Origin: an uncultured delta proteobacterium
GTDB lineage: Bacteria; Desulfobacterota; Binatia; HRBIN30; BPIQ01
DNA: 64,000 nt
Direction of reading: 5' to 3'
NCBI GenBank assembly: GCA_963761335.1
Contig: CAVXGR010000015.1
Location: forward strand, 288,001-352,000
Below are positions 63,477 through 64,000 of the stretch, piece by piece. Position numbers and translations under genes: made by a program. Each line of letters opens with the position of its first letter. Position 1 is the first letter of the stretch. The notes beneath the pieces are model-generated. The model did no database searches. It was not told the DNA's origin and saw only the letters and a list, made by a program, of their open reading frames with translations.

Positions 63477-63553
63477 ATCTCGGTGGCTCGGTTTCTCGGT
63501 CTCTCGGTGGTTAGCTACTGAGCCACCGAGCCACCGAGAAACCGAGCCACCAA
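63477..63553. repeat. Inverted arrays of CTCGGTGG / CCACCGAG 8-mers
   Basis: ctcggtggctcggtttctcggt ... accgagaaaccgagccacc; same family as 52051-52199. Confidence 0.8.
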
Positions 63554-63592
63554 TCCTTGACCCTCGCGGCGTTGGGGAGCTATCGGAGAACG

Positions 63593-64000
63593 ATGGCGAT
63601 TCGGACGGTCGAGTGGCGCAACGGCAGCGTCGTCATGCTGGATCAACGCCTGCTGCCGACGCGGGAAGTGTATCGTGTCTACCGCGACCACCGGGAGGTG
63701 GCGCGCGCGATCAAGGACATGGTGGTGCGCGGCGCTCCGGCGATCGGCGTCGCCGCGGCGATGGGCATCGCCCTCGGCGCGGCGCAGGCGCGCGATGCCG
63801 AGCTGAGCCGTTCCTTCGAGCGCATCTGCCGGCGCTTTGCCGCCACTCGCCCGACCGCCGTCAACCTGTTCTGGGCCATCGAGCGCATGCGACGCGCCTA
63901 CGCGCGTCACCGCGGGCGCCCCGCGGAGGTCATTCGCGAGGTGCTGCGCCAGGAAGCGCTGTCGATTCACGCCGAGGACATCGCCGCCAACCGCGCCATG
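63593..64000 (+). CDS. mtnA: S-methyl-5-thioribose-1-phosphate isomerase (partial, runs off window end)
   Basis: My translation: MAIRTVEW...MLDQRLLP...AIKDMVVRGAPAIGVAAA...ATRPTAVNLFWA; GGAG upstream. Confidence 0.93.
   Translation, partial: MAIRTVEWRNGSVVMLDQRLLPTREVYRVYRDHREVARAIKDMVVRGAPAIGVAAAMGIALGAAQARDAELSRSFERICRRFAATRPTAVNLFWAIERMRRAYARHRGRPAEVIREVLRQEALSIHAEDIAANRAM

Noticed and set aside
1..64000. tRNA, rRNA, integrase or transposase genes
   Set aside because: None recognisable by eye; tRNAscan-SE and Infernal would be needed to exclude small RNAs formally.

Overview
Very GC-rich, gene-dense bacterial DNA from a diderm organism (mla operon). A dockerin-like motif and tandem ferritin-like diiron genes are compatible with a Deltaproteobacteria-like lineage such as Candidatus Binatia, which is an inference only. 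The flanks are mostly housekeeping: ABC exporter, ATL/MGMT-like, tldD/tldE, orn and mlaFEDAC on the left; apaG, aldehyde dehydrogenase, ilvB, hrpB, glgP, acyl-CoA synthetase and mtnA on the right. The main interest is a ~26 kb block (14042-39743). It holds two tandem ~1100-aa fusions of an acetoacetate-decarboxylase-like domain to a COG3349/desaturase-like flavoprotein, three more coupled ZDS/HpnE-like flavoproteins, a gamma-tocopherol/sterol-type methyltransferase and a double-DUF5995-like protein. Interleaved with these are three signal transducers: a soluble-adenylyl-cyclase-like STAND protein with altered catalytic residues, a GAF sigma54 activator flanked by two sigma54 promoter motifs, and a STAND-type ATPase regulator. 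I read this as a candidate undescribed system for modifying and sensing a lipophilic metabolite. Intergenic DNA carries several nested families of non-autonomous repeats, including a MITE family seen at both filled and empty homologous sites. There is also an apparent deletion junction joining a BadF-type kinase out of frame to a ceramidase-like gene. No rRNA, tRNA, CRISPR array or transposase was seen. Family assignments come from motif recognition, not database searches.
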